From: Owenia fusiformis | Taxonomy: Eukaryota | Direction: 5' to 3' | Assembly: GCA_903813345.2 (NCBI GenBank) | Contig: CAIIXF020000001.1 | Location: 34,534,001-34,598,000, forward strand | Length of the DNA: 64,000 nucleotides | Shown: piece after piece, positions 51,083 through 64,000 of the stretch | Layout: each line of letters begins with the position of its first letter | How positions within the stretch are numbered: position 1 is the stretch's first letter | Made by a program: the position numbers and the translations under genes | The notes under the pieces: generated by a model | Database searches by the model: none | What the model was told of the DNA's origin: nothing | Seen by the model: only the letters and a program-made list of their open reading frames with translations

Positions 51083-54000
51083 ACACAGCACATCTTATAG
51101 GAAATTGTATTATAGACAGAACAGTTGCCAGTTAGCCTATGCAACATTTCGAATAAAAAATCCAATTGCATTCAAATTATTTTATTTATAAGACCGTGAG
51201 TCTTGCTAGATATTGATTCCTGATGTTGATGTTATATTCAAATTGACTTGATAAACCCTTTATGTGATCTTTAATTAGTGTTGATTATGTGTATTTGTTC
51301 CAGTGTCCAAATGTCCTGTTAATAACTTGATACTCAATTCATGTACCTTGTATTTTAAAAGATCTTCAGCAACTAAATGTAAACTTTTTTGTCACAATTT
51401 AGTTAGCAAACCTGAAGCGCACAACATTTTTCTCCATTTAACTGCTTATGTGAAGTTTTGATAAAAATGACTGAAGTTTGAATAAATAGTGACACAGAAA
51501 AATGATGTATTTTGTTTGTTTGACCTACCAGTACATGTTATGTCACCACCAAAAAGTGACATATTGTTATAGCCACAATTTTTTTGTCACCACCACAATT
51601 TGTGACATATTGTTATAGTCTCCAACTATTTTGAGGATAGTGGTTGGTGTTGGGTGGTCGATGTTCCCCCTCTGTAACGAATGGCAGGTGGTGACATTTT
51701 GCATGTTGTTGCCTTGAACCAACACCCATTGCAAACATTAGATCGACTCTGATGTCTCAGTCTCACCCAGTATTAAAGCAACTAAGTGCTGCTATCTCAT
51801 GAGAATTGAAAATCACCTCACACCACATAGCATGAACATTCATTTGCACTGTTCTGTTGGCAAGTATATATGAGATGTCATTTACTATTCTAGTTCCTGA
51901 ATAAAGTATTATCGTATGATCTGTAAAATGAAGCCCTCTGATTGGTCAGTTCTTGTGCTGTACCAATCTGTATTGCTACTGAGATTGTCCCCGTTGATCA
52001 TCTCCGTCGCAATACAGAAATATTGGTACGGAGGGGACAATCTCAGTAGCAATACAGAGGATCACACGATAAAAACGTTATTGAATGATTTGAGGTGCAA
52101 TACAGGATATATTCTGCTCTAGAAATTCTGTATTGGAACGAGACGAAGTCGAGTGCCAATACAGAATATCGAGAATAATCTAATCAAAATTCTCAATTTG
52201 AATATGTTCCGGCCAAGCCCATGGAGCATATCGTAATATGGTCCTCCATGATGGTGAAGACACTGTCATATATCAGTGAACAGGATATTCCTATTTAATA
52301 TTAATGGCTATCCCAAAATTCTGTACCATATTTATTGAATGTTCAATGATTGTTAAAGAGGGAATGGCAGAAAATATGCCAGCATAATTGGAATACATGT
52401 ATATGATGGCAAGTGGAATATTCACAAGTGGTCTATGTCAATAATCTGCAAAGGCTAATAAGCCCATTTAAAGCAAATATATGGTTTAACAGTGATCGAA
52501 TTTGGATAAAATATTATTTATCCCTTAACATTTAAAAATAGATGTATGGTTTCAACTTAAATTTGATTAATAAGATACTAGTACTGAACACTGGTGATGA
52601 CTGTCAGGCTACTGCGTTGACATCGCCACTGTTTACCAGTAGTGCATGCTGTCTGCTCTGCACTGGGGACCACCCTATAATATGTATATGCAACTTCTAG
52701 TAATGTACTGGAATACTCTATTATGAACACTATCTGGCTTGCTCTATCAACATAATCTCCATATTGAGGAAGTCCAATAAGTTCCAAACCACAGATATAA
52801 ATCATTTCAAGAATGGATTTGATAAGCACCTCTATAAGACAGAAACTTCTTCACAACTAACCCATGCCCCCCATGTTCAGTGAGCAATTAAACAACGCCC
52901 CCCCCCCCCTCTTTATATGGCATAAAAATAATATATAAAAGATCTGGATCATACAGCACCATCCTTCTTTCCAGAATAATAGATATAGATAGACTTACAA
53001 CCATAGGCCAAGGGAAAAGTAATAGTAAGCTGTATATAGAAGAGACAGGTTCACAAGTAAGATTGAAAATTTTTCAAATTTTTTTAGTCTTGGCACTAGT
53101 TCTCCTTACTGGTATCAAATTGTATTCCCAAATCTCTCCAAAATCTTCTTCAAAGTGTTTTTCAAACTTATGTCATTGTTTTTTTCAAATCTTTATCTAA
53201 AAACTGCATATAATACTGCATATAAAACAACAACTATGGATATCTGCAATTAAATTGCCTGGCAAGCTGAACTGATTGTCACTGGTGGAGGTCAGGGAGG
53301 TCAGCAGTGACCAATCAGATCACTTGTTTACTAATGAACTTGCCAAGCAATTGCAGGTTTTCAGAAATTCTCTCTTTTAGACAGCATTATTCACTCTATA
53401 TCATCTGACCGAGTTTCAATCTTAGGTAAGAGCTACAAACTATCAATTTTCTATCAACTCCCCATGGCTTTTTGAAAATAATACACTAAATATTGTTGAA
53501 ATCTCCATCTTAACAAGTGGTCTAAGTCAGAGTTGTTCACTTGTCTCTTCTATATACGGCTTACTATTACTTTACCCTTGGCCTATGCTTACAACACGGA
53601 ACTCTTTCATGTATGTATGAACATCCTCCGATCACAGGGCTTCAAACTGTCAAAATCCAGAATACTTCTTTGAAGAAGGAGGTACGGATTCTGGACACCT
53701 GCTTACTGCTTAGGAGGATGATGTATGAATTACATGGATAAAAGATCGTGATTCCTTGTAGGCAACCATAATTGATCGACCATTCAAATTTTGAAAAATT
53801 TAAGTCGGAAGAAATACCTGATCTTCTCGATATTTGCTGACTTTCCAGATATCTACAGAACTGTTGGTAGGTAGGAAATAAATCAAAAATAATTGCTAAA
53901 CTATGAATGATGTATTGTATCGTGCCAAGTGAGTAAATAATTAATATAATGTAAAGTTCCCCAATTATCGCCCACGAGGAAATATTTAGCTAAAGTGGGG

Positions 54001-55180
54001 GCAAAAATAAATCTCAACCCTAAAAAGTTGTCACAGTGAGCTAAATTCTGATATTCGTGTCTCAAACTCTCCCAAGCGGTAGAAAAATAATTCCAAAATG
54101 AATCCAACACAGGATCTTGTAGCACGTTTATGATGACTGATATGGGGCTGCCTGATATGGGGCTTTATATAGAGAGAAGGATTATAACGCCGACAAATTT
54201 CGAAAACTGGAAGTAAAAAAAATATATGAATTATTGGTCAGAATTTTATAATTAGGGTCTCATTTTGAAAAAAAATCTTTCTTCTCTAAGATAAATGTCA
54301 CTGCCTAACATTAAGATAAATTTAAATAAAAAAGTTTCTTTACTTTCTGATACCCATGCTAACGACCGTTAGGTGCTATACAACCAAAACTCACCTTTAT
54401 AGTGATTTCTCCCCAAATCTTTCGCCAATTAACTTGTCCTTTACTCGTAGAATCATTGACCCACTAGAGATTTGTAGGGATGCTGCGCTTATGCTGTTCA
54501 GCCTGTAAAAATATGTTATTTTGCCGTTTTAAAATAGAATTATGAAAGGTCAGACGGGTCAAGTTTACTACGTCATTATTTCAAGATGGCGGCAGAGAAT
54601 CGTCAAACAGTCGTATTTTTAAAATTAGTATGCTTTTACACATTTTTGAACAATAATAGTACAATTTGAACAGCGTATACCATTGCGTATGTGTGTATTA
54701 CAACTGGATCAAACCAGAGATCAATCGACGAAACATTGAGGGAGAAATCGATCGATAAGGTAAACTATGAAAAATATGTCTGTATAGGACTTCATGGTCT
54801 TATGCTAAGGTAACAGATAATACGAAAAAATCATATTTGCAGCGTGTCTACAAGTAATATCATGACATGTATCAGGCCCGTAGCCAGGATTTGCCAAGGG
54901 GGGGTTCACTTTTTGGAAAATTCCAGGGGGGGTTCACTTTTGACAATTTGGGTCCAAAAAGGGCCAAAATCACTTAAAAAGTGCTCAGAATGGTGAAAAA
55001 CTGCATGATTTTGAAAGAATTTTTGGCCAGGGGGGGTTCGCCCGAACCATGCGAACCATGCGATGTTGCAGCTAAATAATTTTTCTTAAAAATGAGACCC
55101 TTATTGTGGAATTCTGAACAATAGTTTTTTTTATTTTTTCATTTACAGAACCCGGAAGTAGTGAAGTGTTATTCCCCTTA

Positions 55181-55386
55181 CAGGCCTGTCAACTTGGGAA
55201 CACCTAACATGAGTGACTTGGAAATGTTGAACACCTTCCCTCAAAATGTGGACACCTTGGTCCAATTCTGAACACCTTGATCCAAATTTTGAACACCTTG
55301 GTTTAAATTTTATTACATCTTGCCAAATTTTGAACACCTCAAATTTTTCGCGCTCGCTACGCTCGCGTTTCATACAACCATCAACT

Positions 55387-55425
<39 letters not shown>

Positions 55426-55674
55426 GGTACGAAAAATTTCAAACGGAATGCGGTCCGAACGAAATGCGTACATTTTTTTCTGGCGTTCGTATTTTTGCTG
55501 TGTAGACGATCTTTTTGAGAAATTTTTTCTACAGAAATATTTTTGCTTGACAATAACCAGGTAAAATGCGTATTTGCGTGACATTTTCTGTCACGCAAAA
55601 ATAACTGGCGTGACTTCAAATTCTTCAGCAAATGCGTGACAAATACGCAAATTGCGGGACAGTTGACAGGCCTG
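55181..55674. mobile_element. hAT-like MITE with 6-bp TSD CCCTTA and an internal poly-G run
   Basis: CAGGCCTGTCAACT ... AGTTGACAGGCCTG. Confidence 0.8.
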
Positions 55675-56244
55675 CCCTTATTACTTCTTATACTATAGGG
55701 CCTATCATAGTGCTCATCTCATATCATAGTGCTACATGTCTCTGTGGAATCCAAAGCATCATACCTGCAAATGATGGATAAATCCCTACCAAATCGAACA
55801 AATGTTTTCATGAATCGCCATGTTTGTGATCCAAGGGGGATTGACTCACAGAATGCAACATCAGGTAACCTTATTTACTCGTGACAGATTTCAGAATGGC
55901 AGAACGGCATTTTGAAAGCTGACATGTGTCATGTTGCATTCTGGGAGCCAATCCACATTGCCGCATAATCCAGCTCCGAAATCACCTCAACATTTGAAGA
56001 GTCGGCATTAATATGTGAATTCCACTTCAAATTTTTAGTTCTTATTTGTCATTATGGACACGAATTCCACTATATCTGGACTTACAACTGTAGGACGGAG
56101 AAAATAGAGCACTGAATACACTGAGGTAAGAATTTATTACATGTGCGACAGCATGTAGCTTTTGTAATTCTTTATGGTGAGCACTGTAAAGTGAATAATC
56201 TAGCTCCTGTTATATTTTTCAGCACGGATCCTCTTCAGATTTAA

Positions 56245-57454
56245 GGTGCCATGGAAGTTAACAGGAAATGAAGAAACAGGAAGTGACCAAAAATTTGCAT
56301 TTTTAGACATTTTTTGAACAAAGATAACAGAGTTCTGGTTTGACCTCCAGTCAATTTAACTATTTCCACATATCATTTACATGACCAGGATCACAATGTG
56401 CATGGTCAGAATGACCCTAAACATGATGAAATAAACTTTTTAGCCCTTTGAAAGTGTGACTGAAAAAAGTTAAAAGTAGGAGCTGGGGAAGGTCACTGAA
56501 TAGAATCTTTTGAATTTTTCAGAAAATGTGCCCAATATAATGCCCTAACCATGGGCTTTCAACTAGAAGGGTAGGCAACTTCCCATATTTCATACATAAA
56601 CATTGCCATGGGTTTTCAAAATTGGAGAATGTACACATTCCAAGAAAATCTTATTTTGTACTTTTTATTGATGATTAAAATAAATAACTCAAAAATAAAA
56701 ACATGATCTTCTACATACACCTTGATAATTTAATAAAAATTGGAATTCATCATAATTATGACAATACAGAAAGTGAACATTCTCCCACAAATTATTTTTT
56801 TATTGGAATGTGTTCTTGAATAATTACCCACAATGCAATACTCAAAGAGAACATCTTGATAACTCTTATTCTTATTGGTCTCTTTTGTTTACTTTTATAT
56901 GATATTGAATATATTTTATGCTTAAATCATATTAAAAATTGATTTTTATTCAAAATAATACTAAAACATATACATTTATCTCTAATACTTTTTGAAATAT
57001 TGCCATAAAAGGGAAGCATGGCATTGCTCATTTTGAAGGTCTCATGTTATTACACAGAGTTGCATACCCTTCTAGTTGAAAGCCCATGCCCTAACTGATA
57101 CAATCTTTGAAATTTTAGAAAATTGTCTTTAACAAAAATGGCGGTCAAAAAAAGGAAAATAGATCGCTTTTCAAATCATTTTTTTATTTTTCTATGAATG
57201 ATATCAAATTTTCAAAGATTGTATCATTTAGAGCAATATATTGGGCACATTTTCTGAAAAATTCAAAAGATTCTGTTCGGTGACCTTTCCTACCTCCTAC
57301 TTCTAGCTATTTTTCAGTCACACTTTCATAGGGCTGAAAAGGTTATTTCATCGTGTTTAGGGTCATTCTAACCATGAACATGTCACAGTGTCTAAATATG
57401 CAAAAAAATTTGTCACTTCCTGTTTTGTCATTTCCTGTTAACTTCCAGAGCACC
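56245..57454. mobile_element. Kolobok-like non-autonomous element (TTAA TSD, GG termini, ~300-bp TIRs)
   Basis: TTAA|GGTGCCATGGAAGTTAACAGGAAATG ... CATTTCCTGTTAACTTCCAGAGCACC|TTAA. Confidence 0.8.
56550..57088. mobile_element. Nested CATGGG-ended MITE, 7-bp TSD CCCTAAC (P-element-like)
   Basis: CATGGGCTTTCAACTAGAAGGGTA ... TACCCTTCTAGTTGAAAGCCCATG. Confidence 0.82.
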
Positions 57455-57594
57455 TTAATTTAATATCTGGATGTAGAGTAAATACCAAATAAAATCAACA
57501 TAATCATGATTTGTACTCTCTTTGTACTCTGCTATTAGTTTCAAAGGATAGGTATCGATATGGAGAACTCAATTCAACAATGTTTTTCTCTTAA

Positions 57595-57998
57595 GGTTCA
57601 GCTGGAAAGTAACATTTTGGTAAAAAATTGCTATACCTGCACATGTTATTTTCTGGTACAAAATTAAGTAGGAAGGAATGTGTGTATTTCCTTGCTTTTT
57701 TCAGGAAAGTATCATTACACTGTCTTCTTTTAGAATATCTGGATACAGGTCAATGATAGCTTCTGTGTTGTTTGTAAACTTTGAAAGAAAATTTGGAAAA
57801 ATAGAAAGTGTGAAATATCAGAATTTCCTGGAGTTCCCATTGAACGCCTACCAGATATTCTAAAAGAAGACAATGTAATGATACTTTCCTGAAAAAAGCA
57901 AGGAAATTGACACATGGCTTCATACTTTATTTTGTACCAGAAAATAACATGTGCAGGTATAGCAATTTTTTACCAAAATGTTACTTTCCAGCTGTACC
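57595..57998. mobile_element. Kolobok-like MITE (TTAA TSD, ~150-bp TIRs)
   Basis: TTAA|GGTTCAGCTGGAAAGTAACATTTTGG ... CCAAAATGTTACTTTCCAGCTGTACC|TTAA. Confidence 0.82.
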
Positions 57999-58315
57999 TT
58001 AAACCAATCATTGAAAACATTCTGTAAAAAACATGGTATTTTTTTATTTAATGCGAAAATTATTTAGAAATATTTTATATAACGGTTTTTGTTAACATTT
58101 TTTTTTTTTTAGTGCAATTGTTTTTGCTCCTTTCTACCAATTCTTGAGAATGAAATAAAATGTCTTTCCGAACCTTGTTGGAACAAAATAGCATATACAA
58201 CATAGTTTTAGACCTCTTAATATTAAAGTTATACAAAGGAATTTTTCGCCAAGTGGAGTCAGTAAAACGATCGCATTCGGCATGTGGACTCAGTAATATA
58301 GCTGTTCTAGAGAAT

Positions 58316-59309
58316 GTTACAGGTGTAGGGTGTAATGTCACATTAGAGGAAGATCAAACAAGCAGAGGGTGTCGCAGGAAGGGTGTCAAAGGAGGGGAGG
58401 GGTGTCAAATAAGAGACAGGGTTATAGGGGGGGTGTTACAGGGGTTGGTGACAGACAGGAGGGGAGAATGTCCCAGAGGGGTGTCAAACGAGAGGATAGT
58501 GTTACAGGGGCTGGTGACAAAAAGGGGAAGGATGTAACACTGTGACGAGCTTAGTCACAGTAGTGGAGGGGGTCACAGGAAAGTATCACAGGAGCGAAGG
58601 GTGTCAGTGTCACAGATGGAGGTGTCAAATAGGAAGATGGTATAACAGTGGGTTACAGAGGTTGGTGACACACTCCGCTGTGACATCTTCCTCTCATGTC
58701 ACACCCCCTATTACACCATCCTCTTGTTTGACACCCCCTTCTGTGACATGTACACCCTCCCCACTTGTGACACTGTCTCCTCCTGTAACGCCCTCCACTT
58801 GTATAACATCCTCCTCTCATGTTACACCCCTTCCCCTGTGACACATTCCCTCTAAGACATCCTCCTCTCACGTGACATTCTAAGCTCGTGTAACACCCTT
58901 CACCTGTGACCCCCTTTCTTTTTGTCACCAACCCATGTTACACAGTCCTCTTGTTTGACATCCCCCCCTGTGACACCCTTCGCTTATGTGACATTTGTCA
59001 CCAATCCATTTAACAACACCCTGTAACACCGTCCTCTTGTTTGACACCCCCGGTGACACTCTCCCATCATGTGACACCCTTCCTGTGACACCCTCCACTT
59101 GTGTGACATCCTCCTCTCATGTGACACCCCTCTCCCTGTGACCCCATAGTTTTGTTTGACACCCCCTTCTGTGACACCCTTTCTTTTTTGTCACCAACCC
59201 CTGTAACACCGTCTCTTGTTTGACATCTCTCTGTGACACCCTCCCCTCCTGTGACATACTCTGTTTGTGTGACATCCTCCTCACTCTGTGACACCCTACG
59301 CCTGCAACC
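58316..59309. repeat. Foldback array of degenerate GTGTCACA/TGTGACAC units that flips orientation at ~58670
   Basis: G-rich left arm, C-rich right arm; ends GTTACAGGTGTAGGG / CCCTACGCCTGCAAC. Confidence 0.7.
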
Positions 59310-59621
59310 AGTTCCCGAATGTACCGGGAAAATATTTTATTTCGTTCAGTTCATGGCGCCTCTACCCGCAAAAGTCAGAAAGAATAGCACTGGCTTCGGG
59401 ACTATTTTAGCACGGGTCAAGGGGATACATGATAAAGGAGTTAGAGGATAATGTATCCCCAGGGTTTTAGGATTTGTTGAAGGGGGGGTCTTTTTTAAAA
59501 AAAATACAGGGGGGCTCACTCTTGACAACATTGTCCCAAAAATGGCAAAATCACTTGAAAAGTGCTCAGTAAGGTGAAAAACTGCATGATTTTGAAAGGA
59601 TTTTGGCAAGGGGGGGTTTTG

Positions 59622-60050
59622 GCATGCTCCTAGCCTGACCCCACCCCAGCGTAGTATACGTAGTAAGTGTAGTAAGTGTAGTATGCTCCTAGCCTGACCC
59701 CTACCCCAGCGTAGTATCGTAGTATACGCAGTAAGTGTAGTAAGTGTAGCATGCTCCTAGCCTGACTCTACCCCAGCGTAGTAGCGTAGTATACTTAGTA
59801 AGTGTAGTAAGTGTAGTATGCTCCTAGCCTGACCCTACCCCAGCGTAGTAGCGTAGTATACGTAGTAAGTGTAGTAAGTGTAGTATGCTCCTAGCCTGAC
59901 CCCAACCCAGCGTAGTAGCGTAGTATACATAGTAAGTGTAGTATGCTCCTAGCCTGACCCCTACCCCAGTGTAGTATCGTAGTATACGTAGTATGCGTAG
60001 TTAGTGTAGTAAGTGTTATGTGCTCCTAGGCTGACCCCACTCCAGCGTAA
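59622..60050. repeat. ~60-bp tandem repeat, ~7 copies
   Basis: ATGCTCCTAGCCTGACCC..CCCCAGCGTAGTA..GTAAGTGTAGT repeated. Confidence 0.9.
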
Positions 60051-60695
60051 GCAAATTACATCGGACCCCGTACAAGCCCGTACGGAGCTCGTTGTATCAA
60101 CGGACCCTGTACAACCTCGTACGGACATCGTTCCGAGTCTGGTAATTGCTTGTAATTTTTGAGCCTCGTAAGAGCTTGTGATTACAAGGCCCGTAATAGC
60201 TCGTAATTTCCGACCATCGTACTTGACCATACGGTGCCCGTAACGAGCCCCGTAATAAATCGTAATTTTCGATCCCCTTACTTCCTTGTACGGTGCCAGT
60301 TACGAGGCCCGTAATAGCTCGTAAGTTTCGAGCCTTGTAATTGCCTGTGCGATGCCCGTAACAAAGCACGTAATGGCTCGTAATTTTCGAGCACTGTACT
60401 TGCCCGTACGGGGCTCGTAACAAGGCTCGTTATTACTCGTTTATTTTGATGAACACTTTTTGATCAATGAAATAAAATACAGCATACTTGAGAAATGACA
60501 TTTCAATTATATCTAATTATGAATTAATATGTCTCCAATAATTTCCAATAATTTCAAAATATTCTCATGTCTGTATCAACATGATAAACAGTATAAAAGC
60601 TAGGAAACAGAATAAACAGGAGGGTTACCATTAGGAGACACCGTATTTCTCTACAAGTGAAGTAAATGCATATAAAAACATTTGTGTGCGGTATT

Positions 60696-63600
60696 CACTG
60701 GGGGGTATCGTGATGCAACAACACCGTGTTGTTGCATCAAGATGGCCAGACTTCCAGTGATAGATTTTCGTACGATGTTTTGTTTTCCCAATTTACACCC
60801 ATTTCTAGGACGAGTTGCTCAATAATCATACACATGCAGTTAGCGCATGATCTATATTTTAAAAAACTGTCATTGGTATACATGTAGCATCATCAAGAAG
60901 CGATAAATTCGTGGTTTTGATTCCTCACTATTGATGTAACAACACCACTCTGTTTCTTATCGATGATGCAACAACACCAATGCGCTGATGCAAAAACGCC
61001 AATATAATGTATCATTGAACAACAAGAGAAACTGTTTTATGTTCTGTTTACAGTTGTAGGTCGGGACATGAATAAAACGTGTGAGTCAGTGGTCCATGAA
61101 CGAAACTTATTTTGTTTGGTTTCTTTGTCTATATCAAAGTTAAAAGGATATACAAGGCAAACTAAATAAAGTACTGAATCCCCGGGAGGCAATCTCATTG
61201 ATATTGTATCTGAAAAATAAAGATTATACATTTTCTAAATTAAATGCCCTTGATTTGCCGTATGGAAATTGTTTACAAATAACTAATATAATTTTGGAAA
61301 GACAACAGATATCAGTCATTTTGTGTTGTTAGTAATGTTAGTAACTCAATTGAAATACTCAATTCTGATTGGTTGATGAGCGGTCAACAAAATGTATTGT
61401 TAGTACCTCAACTGAAAAACTTGATTCTGATTGGTTGATTAGCGGTCAAAATTATGTACTGTTGACCGCTACTAGGTACTGTTGACCGCTACTTCTGAAA
61501 AAAAGTTTCATGACGTCACAAAAAAACATGGGAGACGGACATTTTGTAAACGTTGATGAAAATGACTTTACTAGGCGACAAGTATAGCAAAAATACAATT
61601 AGAAACTTAAAATTAACATTAATTCACTAACGAGTACGCCGTGATGTGCCAAATACAGAGTTAAGCTACTTGCACTGTCTCCAGATTTTCTAAAAAAAAT
61701 ATTGCTAACGTGGTTCGGAGAAAAGGTTGTGAAATGAAGCCATGCCGATTGATGATTGTCGTCTATATGTGTATTATTAGTTTACTCGGACTAACAAAAC
61801 AATTGTAGACCTCTCCATTAGATCAACCGTCAAAATCATATACCACGACTGTAAACCTTGAAACTACTGTTGACCTCGACCTTCGGTCTCTGTCAACAGT
61901 AGTTTTTCGGTTTACAGTCTCGGTATACAATTTTGCCGGTTGACCTCTGGGGAGGTCAACAATTGTAAACTGTTGACCACTACTAGGTACTGTTGACCGC
62001 TATTTTTGAAAAATTGTTTTTTTAATGTTGAAATTTTTTAATTTTGAAAAATTACAAGTATTCGACGGTTTGGGGATTTTTTGCTAAAATATGATACCTT
62101 TACTTATCAAATATGTTCACGTGATATCCGATTACATATTCGTCCAATCATTATATTATTTGGACTAACAGAACAATTGTTAACCTCTCTTTTCGGTCAA
62201 CTGGCAAAAGTGTCCTCGACCTCTGGTCTTCATCAACAGTACTTTCAAGGTTTACAGTATCGGTATACAATTTTGCCAGTTGACCTTTAGAGAGGTCTAC
62301 AATTGTATATTATATCCTTCAAATTATTATATTCTTCGGACTAACAAACAATTGTTAACCTCTCTATTCGGTCAACTGGCCAAAGTGTATACCTCAACAG
62401 TAAACCCTGAGAGTACTGTTGACCTCGACCTCCGAACTTTCAAGGATTACAGTATTGGTATACAATTTTGCCAGTTGATCTCAAGAGAGGTCTACAATTG
62501 TATATTGTATATCTTTTGTTATCCCACCCAAAGTATGATGTCATATATCAAGTTGAAGAGTTGTATACGCTGCTCAGGAGTTTACGCTATCCAGGAGTTG
62601 TACATCGTTCTCAAGAGATGTATGTTAATATTGCAGTTATACAATGCTATTATATAAAGGTTATTTACTGAGAGGGATTCAATATTGGTTTTATTCCGAG
62701 AGACAATATGATATTTCCCGAGGGCCTGGGATATCTGGGATAACTGTACCCCTATCAATTTACCTTTTCGGGCCCTTAATCTTATCACTTTTGTTTACCT
62801 TTTTACTCAGTCGGAGAGAAGGAATCCAAAGAGAGCAATAATTCTACATGTGCGTCGTGCAAGATTTCCATTAAACGTGTAACTAAACGGCCTCTCTAAT
62901 AAAGTCAATTAGACGTTTTTACACGTTGGCTCTCCAAATTGGAGGAAATAAAGAATCATATCATATTATATCATAGATGAAGCAATCATCCCATCAACAT
63001 AAGCTCACGCATGTCACAGTTAAACTGTTTTAGTTATAATTTGATAAACAGTGGTAACGTACATCTACTAGTTTATCACTGTTCCACAGATGGATGACAG
63101 ATAATTTCCAATAGCTCGTTATGTTTACCGAGAACGAAAGATGTTTGTCCACCATTTTGAATGATACTAACTGGAGTCAGGGTCATTAAGCTATGGAACA
63201 GTGGTTTATGAAAATAGATTGGGTTGCTAAAGCTTGCCATGTTAAAGGCGATTGAACTATGTTATAGAACAACGTCCAGTACATTATAATATTTAAAAGT
63301 ATAAATTTTTGAAAATACATATAAAGGATCTTCGCCCACAGGACGTGTATTTTGAATGCCTTGAGAAGAACGCAAATATGGGAAATGGGTAACGGTGTTG
63401 CAATGGTAGCATTTAAAAATCTGTTCCTCTCGAGATCTATGGTCTTCTGAAATTATACTATTAATTGGTGTTGCTGCATCATTGCTCAAATCTAGAGGAG
63501 TGTTGTTGCATCTTCGGTTTGGTGTTGTTGCATCAATAGTGAGGAACTAAAACCGTGAACTTATTGCTTCTTGGTGATGGTACATGTATACTAATGACAG

Positions 63601-63783
63601 TTTCTTTAAATATAGATCGTGCGCTAACTGCACGTGTATGGTTATTGAGCAACTCGTCCTAGAAATGGGTTTAAATTGGGGAAACAAAATATCGTACGAA
63701 AATCTATCACCGGAAGTCTGGCCATCTTGATGCAACAACACGGTCAACAACACGGTGTTGTTGCATCACGATACCCCCCAGTG
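60696..63783. mobile_element. Non-autonomous TIR element, CACTG termini, ~280-bp TIRs, 6-bp TSD GGTATT
   Basis: CACTGGGGGGTATCGTGATGCAACAACACCG ... inverted at the right end; GGTATT at 60690-60695 and 63784-63789. Confidence 0.82.
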
Positions 63784-64000
63784 GGTATTGGAATAAGTTG
63801 AAATGTGATGTAAATAAATGTTACTGTTATCGAATGTGTGAATAAACACAGCTATAGATGTGATCAAACATACACAGCATGTTCTGGATAGATACGTGAA
63901 TCATGTACCATGAGAGCAATAAAAAAATTTTGATTGGATTTCGATAACGGGCCTTGTACGAGCTTGTACGGGCATCGAAATAACGAGCCTCGTACATGCT

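Noticed and set aside
51083..51160. miR-147-like hairpin in the NDUFA4 3' UTR, by analogy to C15orf48
   Set aside because: UTR is short and no hairpin or seed match was visible
54395..54502. AG/GT-bounded exon-like segment on the minus strand, near a YY1-like motif at ~54585
   Set aside because: Stops in all three frames and lies within a diverged inverted-repeat element; no third gene supportable
55143..55631. Poly-Pro/poly-Gly ORFs
   Set aside because: Produced by a G homopolymer within a MITE
59622..60050. CRISPR-like periodic array
   Set aside because: The whole unit repeats, with no unique spacers or cas genes; eukaryotic context

Overview
AT-rich, transposon-dense animal genomic DNA, probably from a marine invertebrate (inferred from the repeat content). 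Two spliced genes lie head-to-head with start codons 260 bp apart. On the minus strand is a PHF14 orthologue: 18 phase-compatible coding exons from 43737 down to 181, 816+ codons, PZP (PHD-Zn knuckle-ePHD) module, coiled coil and further PHD fingers; it continues past the left edge and has one probable GC-AG intron. On the plus strand is an NDUFA4/COXFA4 orthologue (4 coding exons, 43997-51082, 90 aa). The same divergent gene pair exists in human. Introns and the right flank hold nested mobile elements. These include an apparently intact DD34D mariner with a spliceosomal intron and 189-bp TIRs carrying RFX X-box-like motifs, nested in a CAC-ended element with a 5-bp TSD (Transib-like); a deleted DIRS1-like retroelement (gag, RT/RNase H, adenine-methylase-like domain, YR stub); five LINE fragments; a MULE-like foldback containing tandem Helentron-like (HINE) units with a ~475-bp satellite; and many MITEs. 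All calls come from reading the sequence; no database search was run.
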